This document shows positions 50,272 through 61,269 of a DNA stretch of 64,000 nt, piece after piece. Both the position numbers and the translations under genes were made by a program. Every line of letters begins with the position of its first letter. Positions within the stretch are counted from its first letter, which is position 1. The stretch comes from Mobula hypostoma (lineage: Eukaryota): assembly GCF_963921235.1 (NCBI RefSeq), contig NC_086118.1:9610001-9674000 (forward strand). Direction: 5' to 3'. Below the pieces are notes generated by a model. It saw only the letters and a program-made list of their open reading frames with translations. It was not told where the DNA came from and did no database searches.

Positions 50272-50600
50272 CCACCAGCCTGCAGGTCAATCTTGGGCAA
50301 GGTGTAGCACCTACTTGTCCCCCTGTTCATGGCCACATGAAGCCACGGGAGCAAATGGTGGATGGTCATATGAGCAGCTGGTGTCTCTTACAAGACCTGG
50401 TTGTGCAACTAATGACACCAGGCAGACAATCTCTTTAGAGTATTGATAATGGCTGGGGTCACCTGTCCGGTAAAGACACTCTCCAGAAGAAGACAATAGA
50501 AAACCATTTCTGTAGAAAAATTTACCAAGAACAATCTTGGTCATGTAAAGGCCATGAAGACCTATGTCATACAACACGGCACATAACGAACATATGATTG
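50272..50600 (+). mobile_element. RTE-related SINE-like element
   Basis: gaagaagacaatagaaaaccatttctgtagaaaaatttaccaag resembles the Bov-A/RTE motif; homolog at 48932. Confidence 0.65.
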
Positions 50601-50772
50601 ATGAGTCTGTTCTCATCCTCAATTGAATATCTCAACCACAACTCATTAGGTGATGGGAAATAGAAAGTACTAGTCATCCCACTGAATAGCACACTGTTTT
50701 AGCAGATATTGTGGAATTTTCTGAGGCTAATTTCCTAACTGATTCTTAAATTCTGTTGCTTTTTGTTCACAG

Positions 50773-51079
50773 ACCTGCCTCCCAAGAGTTGGATCAATAT
50801 TATCACACAGAAAATGATGATGAAAATCCCTTCATTTGCTCCCTCCTGAAGGATAATGGAATGCGGTACTGCCGCAATGTACCCCAAAGACGAGTGAACA
50901 ACATTGATTGTACCTTGGATGGTACAAGTTACAACCTGTTACAGAGTAACATGACAAACAATGTCAGCTGTGTAAACTGGAATCAGTATTACACCCAGTG
51001 CCAGCCTGCTGATCACAACCCATTCAAAGGAGCTATCAATTTTGATAACATCGGATATGCATGGATAGCAATATTCCAG
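50773..51079 (+). CDS. CACNA1G: T-type calcium channel coding exon (about exon 6): domain I extracellular turret and P1 helix
   Basis: 307 bp, flanked by ttgttcacag and gtacct. AT+A=Ile, then [23 protein letters not shown]...[43 protein letters not shown], NGMRxCRxVP and ENDDE are Cav3.1-like. Confidence 0.95.
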
Positions 51080-51524
51080 GTACCTTGAGTATTTCTCCTT
51101 TCAGACTTCTATAGTGAAGAAGACTATGAGAAACTATTTGTTAACTCGTAACAGCTTTCAGCAGCTGTCATTAAGTTCACCTATAGCACATATTTTTTAA
51201 GACTCATAATTACATAGTGCCTTTCTTGATCTCAACATTTAAAGTGTATTATAACTAATTAAATAAATTTAAAGGCATATCTGCTGTTGTATAATACTGT
51301 TTAGAAGAGGCGTGAAAAACAGCAGTGAAATAGATAGTCAGATAATCTGTTTCTTTAGTGGTGCTTTAAGATAAATATTAGGCTATAGTCTTCTTTGAAA
51401 AGTGTAATTGAATCTCACATGGCAAATTTAATATTTATTATTAGAAATATTATAATATTTTATTATTACACCAGTCAGATATAATACCTTTGTACTGAAA
51501 GCTGTGGAATGTGCTTTGAATCAA

Positions 51525-52450
51525 TTTCTTCAAGATTCTAGATTGTTTTATGTCATTTCCTGTACCCAGGTGTAAGGAGAATGAAATAATTGTTACTCCA
51601 GATCTGATGCAACATAAAAAAAGCCACAAAAAATAAAGAACATAATAATAATAATAATAATGATAATAAAAACCACAGAGTAAATACAAATACATAAATA
51701 ACTTGTATAAATTGATTGATTGATTGTCCATAAAATGTTACTAGGCGACATAATGTGATTGACAGAAAATATAGTGGTGGAGGTGTTGATCGGCCTTACT
51801 AGAAAGTAACTGTTTTGAGTCTCATGGTCCTGACATAGATGCTATATAGCCTCTTCCCTGATGTGAATGGGACAATCCATGAGCATGGTGGGTGGGATTC
51901 TTCATCATGTTACCGGTCCTTTTGCATCACCTTTCTGTATACATGTCCTTGATGGCACATAGGCCGATGCCAGTGATGCGTTGGGCAGTTTTGACTACCT
52001 GTTGTAGATGCTTCCTGTCTGCTGCAGTGCAGTTTCCATACCAAGCAGTGATACAGCTTGTTAGGATGCTCTCTACTGCACATCTGTAGAATTACGTAGG
52101 TATTGATGTGCAAAGTTCAGCTCCCTTTAGCCTCCTCAGAAAGCAGAGGTGTTGGTGAGCTTTCTTGACTGTGTAGGATGTGTTCTGGGACCATTGGAGG
52201 TTGTGTATGATGTGCATACCCAGGAGTTTGAAACTACTTGCAATTCCACTATTGTGCCACCAATGTAAAGGGGGGGGGGGGAGTCCTCCTAAAGTCAACG
52301 ACCATCTCCTTTGTCTTGTTGACATTAGGCAAGAAGTTATTTGCCTCGAACTCTTTCACCTCATTTCTGTAGGCTGTCTCATCGTTGTTGGGGATGAGCC
52401 CCACCACTGTTGTGCCATCAGTGAACTTGACAATGTGATTGCTCAGGCTG
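51525..52450 (-). mobile_element. Rex1/Babar-like LINE 3' region
   Basis: SFKLLGMHI..VKKAHQHLCFLRRLK; (taa)n microsatellite at about 51642-51670. Confidence 0.85.
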
Positions 52451-53329
52451 CTTGACTTAGAGGCAAGAATGCTATCATTAAGCCATGATTCAATGATGCA
52501 TTAACACATTTGCTTTACTGCATTCTAATTTATTATCCAAATCATATTATTCTCAACTTTGAACTGATATTCCTGAGTGAAGTACCACTGTTCTTGTGGA
52601 AATTTTAGAGCTTGCATTTATCAGAGCATAGGAGGTGTATCCATTTGAGTTACCCAGAGAAATGGATGCAATGACCATAGGATTGACTTTGACAGCACAA
52701 GCTACTGTGCCGTGCCAGTGGCTTTTGGGACCACCTGTTGAAGAAAGCCACTGAAGCAGGTCTAGAGAATAAGAATTTTAACAAAGACGAATGTCTTGCT
52801 CTAAGAACTGGAATAACTTTTTAAACAAGGTGGGACAGCGGAAACCTGATCAGTTGAAGACTAACCAATCAGGAGGGACAGATGGAGGTTGAGTATACAT
52901 ACCACTGGAATGGAAAGACCGTGGCATCTCCCTGATGAAAATGGCAGAGCTTATTAATGAAGCAGCGGTTAAAATTAATACCCGTACCCAGCTGGAAGCC
53001 TGAGAAGAGTTTATACACCATACCCACCAGGAAAGCACTAGATCCTTTTCGCTCAATTTATCTGTTATCCACCGCAACTTGATTTGGTGCAATGAATATC
53101 AATGAGGTCTTAGGATATGGATTAAGAAAGCAGGGAATAAGTGCTTGTAAAATGGAAACCAGAATTCCCTGATCCAGGTTCATCAAAAACTGCTCAGCAA
53201 TGAAATCAGTTCTGATGTTTACATCCATGTTACTCATCACAATAGGGTAAAAGGAAAAGCTCCATTTAGTCTGACATGCCTCACCTTCAGAAGAGTTTAA
53301 TTATGACAAAAAAAAATTTTTGTACAGTC

Positions 53330-53716
53330 CCACCTTAATGCTGGTTCCACTTGTGAATGTGATTTCTGCAATTTCTAGTAATTTTTCCCCTTCCCCTCTT
53401 CAATTGCCCATTCTAGCTCCTGTCTTGCTTCATTATTTACTCCCATGACGCACTCTCATCTCCTCCTTTTCTACCTATCACCTCCCAGTTTCTTGCTTCA
53501 AACCCCTCCCCCACTCACCTGGCTTCATCTATCACCTTCTAGCCTGTCCTCCTTCCTCTCACCCCACTTTGTTAGTCTGGCTCATTCCCCCTTCCTTTCG
53601 AGTCCTGAAGCAGGGTCTCAGCCGGAAAATATCGACTGCCCAAAACATTAACTGTTTATTCATTTCCATAAATGCTGCCTGACCTGCTAAGTTCCTCCAG
53701 CTTTTTGAGTGTGTCA
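53330..53716 (+). mobile_element. Penelope-like 3' end, decayed
   Basis: C/T-rich UTR, agtcctgaagcagggtctcagccggaaa, atgctgcctgacctgct. Confidence 0.7.
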
Positions 53717-54403
53717 CCTTAAAAAGAATTATTTTCATGCCTTGGATGGGGAGGATCTCGCTCCAGTCTCATTGTCATAATTCTATTTCAGACCAGCATG
53801 ATCTTTGCTTTAGTTCTGAACTAATCCGATTTATATTGTCCTCTTTTCAAACTGGATTAATTAAAACTAAATTGCATGCCTTAAAATTAATTCCTAATAT
53901 AAAGAGCTTGGATGGTGAATTAATCCACCTGTGAGGGAAGATTTATGCTTTGCTAATCTTGTGGAGTGCATCTATCTTTGAATAATTTTGCAATGTGAAC
54001 ACATGCATGTCTTTATAATGCACTGGTGAGGCCTCACTTGGAGGACTGTGAGCAGTTTTGGGTCCCTTATCTGAGAAAGGATGTACTGACATTGGAGAGG
54101 TTCAAAGCATGTTCACGAAAATGATTCTGGAATTGAAAGGCTAATCATATGAGGTGCATTTGATGGCTCTGGGTCAGTACTCACTGGAATTTAGAATAGT
54201 GAGGGGGGAATCTCTTTGAAACCTATATAATGTTGAAATTCCATAATAAGGAGGATGGTTCCTATGGTGGTGAATCTAGGACCTGAAAACGTGTACTCAG
54301 AATAGAGGGACATCCACTTAAAACAGAGATGAGGAGGAATTTCTTTAGCCAGAGACCGGTGAATCTGTAGAATTTGTTGCTGTAGAAGCAATGTCATTAG
54401 GTA

Positions 54404-55263
54404 ACTCTCACAACACGCTGGAGGAACTCAGCAGGTCGGGCAGCATCCGTGGAAAAGATCAGTCGATGTTTCGGGCCGGAACCCTTCGTCAGGACTGTAG
54501 AGGGAAGGGGCAGAGGCCCTATAAAGAAGGTGGAGGGAGGGTGGGAAGGAGAAGGCTGGTAGGTTCCAGGTGAAAAACCAGTAAGGGGAACGAAAAAGGG
54601 TGGGGGAGGGGAGGCAGGGAGGTGATAGGCAGGAAAGGTGAAGAAGGAATAGGGGAAAACACAATGGGTAGTAGAAGGAGGCGGAACCATGAGGGAGGTG
54701 ATAGGCAGCTGGGGGATGGGGCAGAGTGACATAGGGATAGGGGAAGGGAGGGGGAGGGAATTACCGGAAGTTGGAGAATTCTATGTTCATACCAAGGGGC
54801 TGGAGACTACCTAGATGGTATATGAGGTGTTGCTCCTCCAACCTGAGTTTAGCCTCATCATGGCAGTAGAGGAGGCCATGTATGGACATATCTGATTGGA
54901 AATGGGAAGCAGAGTTGAAGTGGGTGGCTACCGGGAGATTCTGTCTGTTGTGGCGGACGGAGTGGAGGTGCTCGACGAAGCGGTCCCCCAATCTGCGTCG
55001 GGTTTCACCGATGTAGAGGAGGCTGCACCGGGAGCACCGGATGCAATAGGTGACCCCAACAGACTCACAAGTGAAGTGTTGCCTCACCTGGAAGGACTGT
55101 TTGGTGCCCTGAATAGTGGCAAGAGAGAAGGTGTAGGGACAGGTGTAGCACTTACGCTTACAGGGATAAGTGCCAGGTGGGAGATCCGTGGGGAGGGACG
55201 TGTGGACCAGGGAGTTGCGGACGGACCAATCCCTGTGGAAAGCGGAGAGTGGAGAGTAATGAA
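54404..55263 (-). mobile_element. Young Penelope-like element (Cys-rich linker and GIY-YIG endonuclease, Neptune-like)
   Basis: Open frame PCKRKCYTCP..FTCESVGVTYCIRCSRCSLLYIGETRRRLGDRFVEH..HFN..LEEQHLI..GMNIEF; 11-bp TSD gtcattaggta at 54393-54403 and 55264-55274. Confidence 0.93.
54460..54497 (-). ncRNA. Minimal hammerhead ribozyme-like motif
   Basis: Minus strand: cagtc CTGACGA agggttccggccc GAAA catc gactg. Confidence 0.68.
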
Positions 55264-57439
55264 GTCATTAGGTATATTTAAGGTGAAGACTGATAGTTTC
55301 TTGATTAGTCATGAAGGGATATGGGGGAAAGGGCAGGAGATTGGAGCTGAAAGGGAAAATGGATCAACCATGATGAAATGGTGGAGCAGACTTGATGGGC
55401 CAAATGGCCTAATTTTGTTCCTATATCTTATGATCTTATGGAAACCAAGGCATTGAGATTAAACTCACACAGTCACAGGGAAACATACAAACCCCACACG
55501 GACTGCATTGGAGGTCAGGACTAAAGCAGGGTGAAGCACCTGGTCCACATGTCCCTCCCCACGGATCTCCCACCTGGCAAGTGTTGTTACCTGGAGCACA
55601 GTGTGGTACACATCAAACAGGTGAGGTGACTTGTTTGTTATGGGATGTGTGCTGAATTATTTTATGAAGATCAGCTGGTGTCGGAGCAAGAGCTACAAAA
55701 AAACAAAAACTTGAAGGGACTTAGACAGGGCCCAGAGAACATCTATAGTAAGAGGAACAGGAGGAAGAAAGAGACTACTTAAGGGGGTTTGATTCTGCTG
55801 AAAAAGGTGGAGGGAGCATTAGCAAGACAGGTTATCAGCAGTCTTGACTGGAGAGGTATTTCACCAGAACAAGCCAAGTAATCCTCATGAGACTGTTATC
55901 ATTAATATAACGCGCAGAAGGGAACCCAAGCACTGGCTAGAAATCCCTCACATTCTACTTTTCTGTCCACCTGTGCTGAATATTATGCATAAAGGAACAA
56001 ATCTCTCCCACTAATTACTTTATTAGCTTGCTACAGTATGTTTGTATTTCCTGAGGAGTGACACCACACAAAAGAATTGAGACCTCTACATAAAACATAC
56101 TTCCCTGTGACAACCCCCACTCAACAGGAGTAAACAGCAGTGTGCCTGACATACTCTTTGAGAACATTAAACATCTTTTCAAGTTGCCCCATTGTGTGGG
56201 GATCCTTAGTACGAGCTGACTACAGCCACTTCCTGTCCTGCTCTTATGGTGATGCCCTGCCTCAGACACTGGATGTTCTTCCTGACATATATATTGTTGA
56301 CAAGGGACTTCCGTGTTTCTTTGAATGAAAATGGGGGTATGTCTGCTTCCTCTCTGTCTTTGCCTGTTCCATGGCAGCAGTTGTGTGTGCAAGCTGGGTA
56401 CTGTCATTGGGAGTGTGTCTGTAATGTGCTGGCATCTTTCTCTGAAGGCTGCACAGCGACTATTTGAAATCTGTTGAGCTTGGTTTGGCACATTTCTGGG
56501 TGTAAATCACATTAATATCGATTTGGCCATCTTCTTGTTTTGCAGGATACCCTGTTTGGCACTCGAGTTCAATGCAACAGTACCTTAGCAACACCAAAAA
56601 TAAGTGCAATCAAATTTCTTGGCAATAGTTTTCTTATCCGTACCCTTTCTTCTGTATTCAAGAATCTACAAATCATATGAAATAATCACTGATGCGTTAC
56701 TGTGTGCCAACAAATTATTTCCAGATGTGATGAGACTCATTTATTCCACCTCGCCCACAAATCCCTCTCCGTCCTATCCCCAAATAGGGCTATATGCTAT
56801 TTCAGGAATGATGAATTACCCAATTCATGCAACAGAAGTATTTTGTACTAGACATGTGAAGCATACTGTGGTAGTCCAGGTATTGTGCTGTGGAGTTCAC
56901 AAGCCACTGCCGCATGCTTTTACAAAGCTCTTAGGCAACCTATCCCACTTGACTACCTCTACAGCCCTCATCACTTCTCCACGCCCCCTGTTGGCATTTT
57001 GACTGACAGTTGTTGCATCTGTTCCCTCCTCTAGCTGGCTTTGCACCACACACATCTGTCCCTGTTCAGCACCTCATTTTCACATCTTGATGGATGTTCT
57101 TCCCATTCATTTTCCTTGTTCTAATGTTTTTAATCCTTTCATGTCAACTTGCAGGTTACTATTCTGCCAATCATTCTGACTTGGGAACTTTAGGATTAGA
57201 AGCAATCTGATTTGTCTTGAGAAAGAAATGTTCTATCATTTATCTACATTATGGCTGATTGTGAAAGGGTAAACAAGGAAATCATTGGCCCACATTTAGT
57301 TTGAAGTTCAAAGACCAACCTCGTTCCTCTTATCTCAATCAGTTGATAAAAAATTTACTTCTTCAACTTACCTTCAAGTAGGATTCAGTACAGTGAGCCT
57401 ATACTCTGTTTATAAGAGAGAGCAATATTTTCATTGAAC

Positions 57440-57800
57440 AGCAAAATTCTTAGAGTGATGCTCATGTTGAAGCTCTCTTGAGAAGATGCTTCCTCTGGGC
57501 GCAGGGTCCGGAATGAGGGGAGACAGCCTAGGGATAAAAATTTGGCCATTTAAAACTGAAACAAGAAGAAATGTACTCTCAGAGGTTTATGAATCATTAT
57601 AAATCTTCTGTGGCGTGGGTTGGGGGGTGCGGTTCTAGACCTTCAGTTGTTGAATATCTTCAACTTTAAGACTAACGTACCTTTGAGATCTAAGAGAAGC
57701 AACAGCAGGTTGGAAAGTGAAGTAGTATTCAACATGACTTTACTGATGGAGGAGCAGGCTCCTCATGGACCTTGACTTTCTCATCCATCTTAAGTTCCTA
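57440..57800 (+). mobile_element. CR1 LINE 3' fragment, decayed
   Basis: agaagatgcttcctctgg..gggagacagcctagggataa..ccatttaaaactga pattern. Confidence 0.6.
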
Positions 57801-59089
57801 CAGAAATGTTTGATAGAACCAGCCTGACTTGTCCAATTCAAACATTACACTCAATCTCATATACTTTGCACAAAGGCCATCAGAAACAGGTTGGTATTGA
57901 AACTAGAACTACCAGCCATTAGTCTTGCCAAAGCTGGCATTGGACCACTTTTAGAGCAATAATTCTTGTTTATACTAGTGTAGGCTCATCAAATGAGTAA
58001 GGCCTATTAGAGAGATACACCTGTTTATAAGTTTACCCCATGCCCTCCTTCCCTTCAAGACACAACCTCTGTTGTCACCTTCTGAATAAAAGGAACCCAT
58101 ATGATCCCAAAGCAGATATCCTTGATAGGCCACCATGAGAAGTGAACTATCTAGTTTAATTCAATTGAAATCTGCTTGCAAGCTGTTTGTTTTAAAATGA
58201 AATAACTTCAATTCTCAAATTATGAGTGTTTGCAGACTCACCTCAGACCTACACAAACAATTTGAAGTGTGTAGGTGTCCCGATTTTTGTTCTAACAGTT
58301 TTAAAAGAAAGACAGGATAGACAAAGACTTTATCCTATTACAAACACAAATGTAAACATCAGCCAGTTGGTATCATTGCACTTTGCACTGAATGGTGATT
58401 CGTTTCTCCTTCCCATCTGGGTAGAGTCCAGAACAACTGGACATAACATTGAAATTGGAGCTATGCAATTCTGTGGTAACATCAGAAAACCATTCACATA
58501 ATGGATAGTCAAAATCCAGAACTCTTTCTCATTAAGGTATTAACGATGAGGTAGGAGAGAAAATGTCTAAACAGGAATTGATTTACAGAATCAAAGTCAA
58601 AGCTGAGTTTATTGTCATATGCAATAAAAAACTTACTTGGAGCCACATCACAAGCATCATGTAAGCAGCATTCAAAGTAAAACATAAATTAAACATAAAT
58701 TATGCACATTTTACAAATAAACATGATTAGAACAAAAAAAGGAGTCCAATTTAGTGCAAAGTGATCAAAGTGTCCGTAGTATTGTTACGATATGCACCCA
58801 ACCATGCCAGCTTCTGGGGTTTAGACGATCTGACTCTCCAGAATATCGATAGCCGCCCCCTTTAAGAACTCAGGCCCATTCCACTAATTGACAGCTATGT
58901 TTTGTTGCCCAAGATTTTAATATTTAAAGAGCAACTGAACGGAGGTTCCGTGCTCAACCATCAGCTCAACTTGGATTCTCGTCTAGCATCTAGTTTAGAA
59001 CCCTTTCCTCTTTTCAGTCTCGAATCATGTCTTGATTGTAGTCTCGGATACTCCAGCGCTTGGGTCCTAACCATCCCTGCTTAGGTCTC

Positions 59090-59395
59090 TTGTCACAGGT
59101 ATAGAGATATGAATTTTTCTGGTTCTTTCAGGAACTGAATGGATAAAGAGAAGTAACTGTTCCTGAACCTGATGGTGTTGTACTTCCAGCTTCTGTACCT
59201 CCTACCCCCCGGTTTTTGTGAACAGATGCCATGGCATAGGCAGTGGAGATCTTTGATGGTAGATGTTGCCTTTTTGAGGCAGCACCTCCAGTAGGTACCA
59301 CAGGTGAAGTGGGGTGTAACTGTGATGTATTCAGCAGAGTCCACTACTGGTCCACAGAGTCTATATAAGATAGGTAGATGAACTGAAGGCATTGA
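59090..59395 (-). mobile_element. Rex1/Babar-like LINE fragment
   Basis: CLKKATSTIKD..GRRYRSW..TIRFRNSYF. Confidence 0.75.
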
Positions 59396-59924
59396 GCTGG
59401 ATCTATTTTATTATATATTCCCACTAATAAATTTTGGCGGTGGTGTTTTTCTCCCTTTTCCTTGCTGAGCCCCAGAGTTTAATGATTATTGTGGCTGGCA
59501 AGGATCTGCTGAGGGCATATCTCATCAGTGTGCACTGCAGACCATCTTTGTCATGCACACAGATGACAGATCTCTTGAAGAAGCACCAGCAAACCGTGTA
59601 CTTCAATCAGCAACTAGTTAATCTGACTGTGTTGCTGAGTGGAAAACAGAACGTTTCAAAATACCTATAGTATGCCACTTTCTGGTCTGCTACAGGTTTC
59701 TGGTAGTTTTGTTCAGTGTTTCAGGATCATTAGCATCTGCTGGATTTTGGCGGTTATGTCTGACCACTTTTTCTCTTTGACACACTTAATCATTCTACTG
59801 TCATACATCACATTAGCAGGCTGGTGGGAGTTTTGCAGGACCACTAAATTTTACCATCTAAATCCATGTAGATACTCACTGTAACCAACTTTAACCTTGC
59901 AGGTCAATTAGCATCTATGGATTA

Positions 59925-60430
59925 AGCAATAGACAATAGGTGCAGGAGTAGGCCATTCAGCCCTTCGAGCCAGCACCACCATTCGCTGTAATCATGGCTG
60001 ATCATCCACAATCAGTACCCTTTTCCTGCCTTCTCCCTATATCCCTTGACTCCGCTATCTTTAAGAGCTCTATCTAACTCTTTCTTGAAAGAATCCAGAG
60101 AATTGGCCTCCACTGCCTTTTGAGGCAGAGCATTCCACAGAACCGCAACTCTCTGTGTGAAAAAGTTTTTCCTCAACTCTGTTCTAAATGGCCTACCCCG
60201 TATTCTTAAACTGTGGCCTCTGGTTCTGGACTCCCCCAACACTGGGGACATGTTTCCTGCCTCTAGCGTGTCCAATCCCTTAATAATTTTGTATGTTTCA
60301 ATCAGATCCCCTCTCATCCTTCTAAATTCCAGTGTGTACAAGCCCAATCACTCTAATCTTTCAACATATGACAATCCCGCCATCCCGGGAATTAACCTCA
60401 TGAACCTCTGCTGCACTCCCTCAATAGCTA
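59925..60430 (-). mobile_element. Young CR1 LINE 3' end
   Basis: Open ORF GLYTLEFRRMRGDLIETYKIIKG..TRGHSLRI..FFTQRV..WNALP. Confidence 0.92.
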
Positions 60431-61099
60431 TTAAAGTTTTCATTCCTGTACCCCTTAAGCTGAACTTGTTGAGCATTTCCAGCATTTTCTGGTTTTCTGT
60501 CTCTGATTTGCAGCATCCACTGTTTTTCCCTGATGTTCAATCTTTACCAGATCCTCATGTCTGGCTCACACATTTTTTGGTGGACTAGATGTCAAAGAGG
60601 GTGAATCATGATGTCAGATTCAGAGTTGCACAGAACTGCAAGAAGTCGTACAAAGATTATTATTTTAGGAACTGCTACATCCATGAATTAAACAGCTAAG
60701 GAAAAGTTGTACATAAAGACTAACCATATCCAGCATCTGTCTTTACCAGAAATGACTGATCAGGCAGTAACTTTGGAAGTGCATGTTTCAAAATATAAAG
60801 CAATGTTCAAACAAATATTAACAGTTATGAGTATACAAATTCCTGATATGGCTGATGACAGAATATCTGTAGCCCTATTCCATAGTAATGTAGTTAAATG
60901 TTTTTGTACATTTTCTGTTATTTCCGTTCGGATATACAAGTTTTGATAAACAAATCACCTAACATCTAAGATGGTTAAACATCTGTTAATGAGCAATAGT
61001 CTTGATTCAATTGCCGTTAAAGTGAAGAATAATTTGTGATGGTAAATCTGGTTTTATTTCATATTATTTGACTGAGTGGCATTTCTTTTGTTTTCTCAG

Positions 61100-61192
61100 G
61101 TTATAACCCTTGAGGGTTGGGTTGATATCATGTATTTTGTTATGGATGCTCACTCCTTTTATAATTTCATCTACTTCATCCTATTGATCATA
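61100..61192 (+). CDS. CACNA1G: T-type calcium channel coding exon (about exon 7): domain I selectivity filter and start of IS6
   Basis: 93 bp, phase 0/0, flanked by ttttctcag and gtaagt. Reads [31 protein letters not shown], containing the TLEGW filter glutamate. IMYFVM is Cav3.1-like. Confidence 0.96.
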
Positions 61193-61269
61193 GTAAGTAT
61201 TCAATACTCTGGTGATGTGGGCATCATTGGTGGCTGATATGTACTGCCTTTCCTTCAAAGAAATTCATT

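Larger units (their letters stand above)
54010..55442 (+). mobile_element. CR1 LINE 3' end, interrupted by a Penelope-like insertion
   Basis: LYNALVRPHLE..; 3' stem-loop and (tcttatga) tail at about 55425-55440. Confidence 0.85.

Noticed and set aside
49877-50446. Long G/R/P/S-rich ORFs (e.g. 49877-50446, 54896-55456, 7165-7578, 30767-31219)
   Set aside because: Shadow frames of Penelope UTRs and low-complexity sequence that cross element boundaries
50731-50772. ttcctaac resembling a U12 branch site
   Set aside because: The matching donor at 43962 is gtaagt (U2 type), not GTATCCTT
54500-54760. G-quadruplex-like runs
   Set aside because: Intrinsic to the Penelope UTR; no locus-specific evidence
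19809-55274. Apparent preference of Penelope insertions for CR1 relics
   Set aside because: CR1 covers much of the window and the sample is tiny
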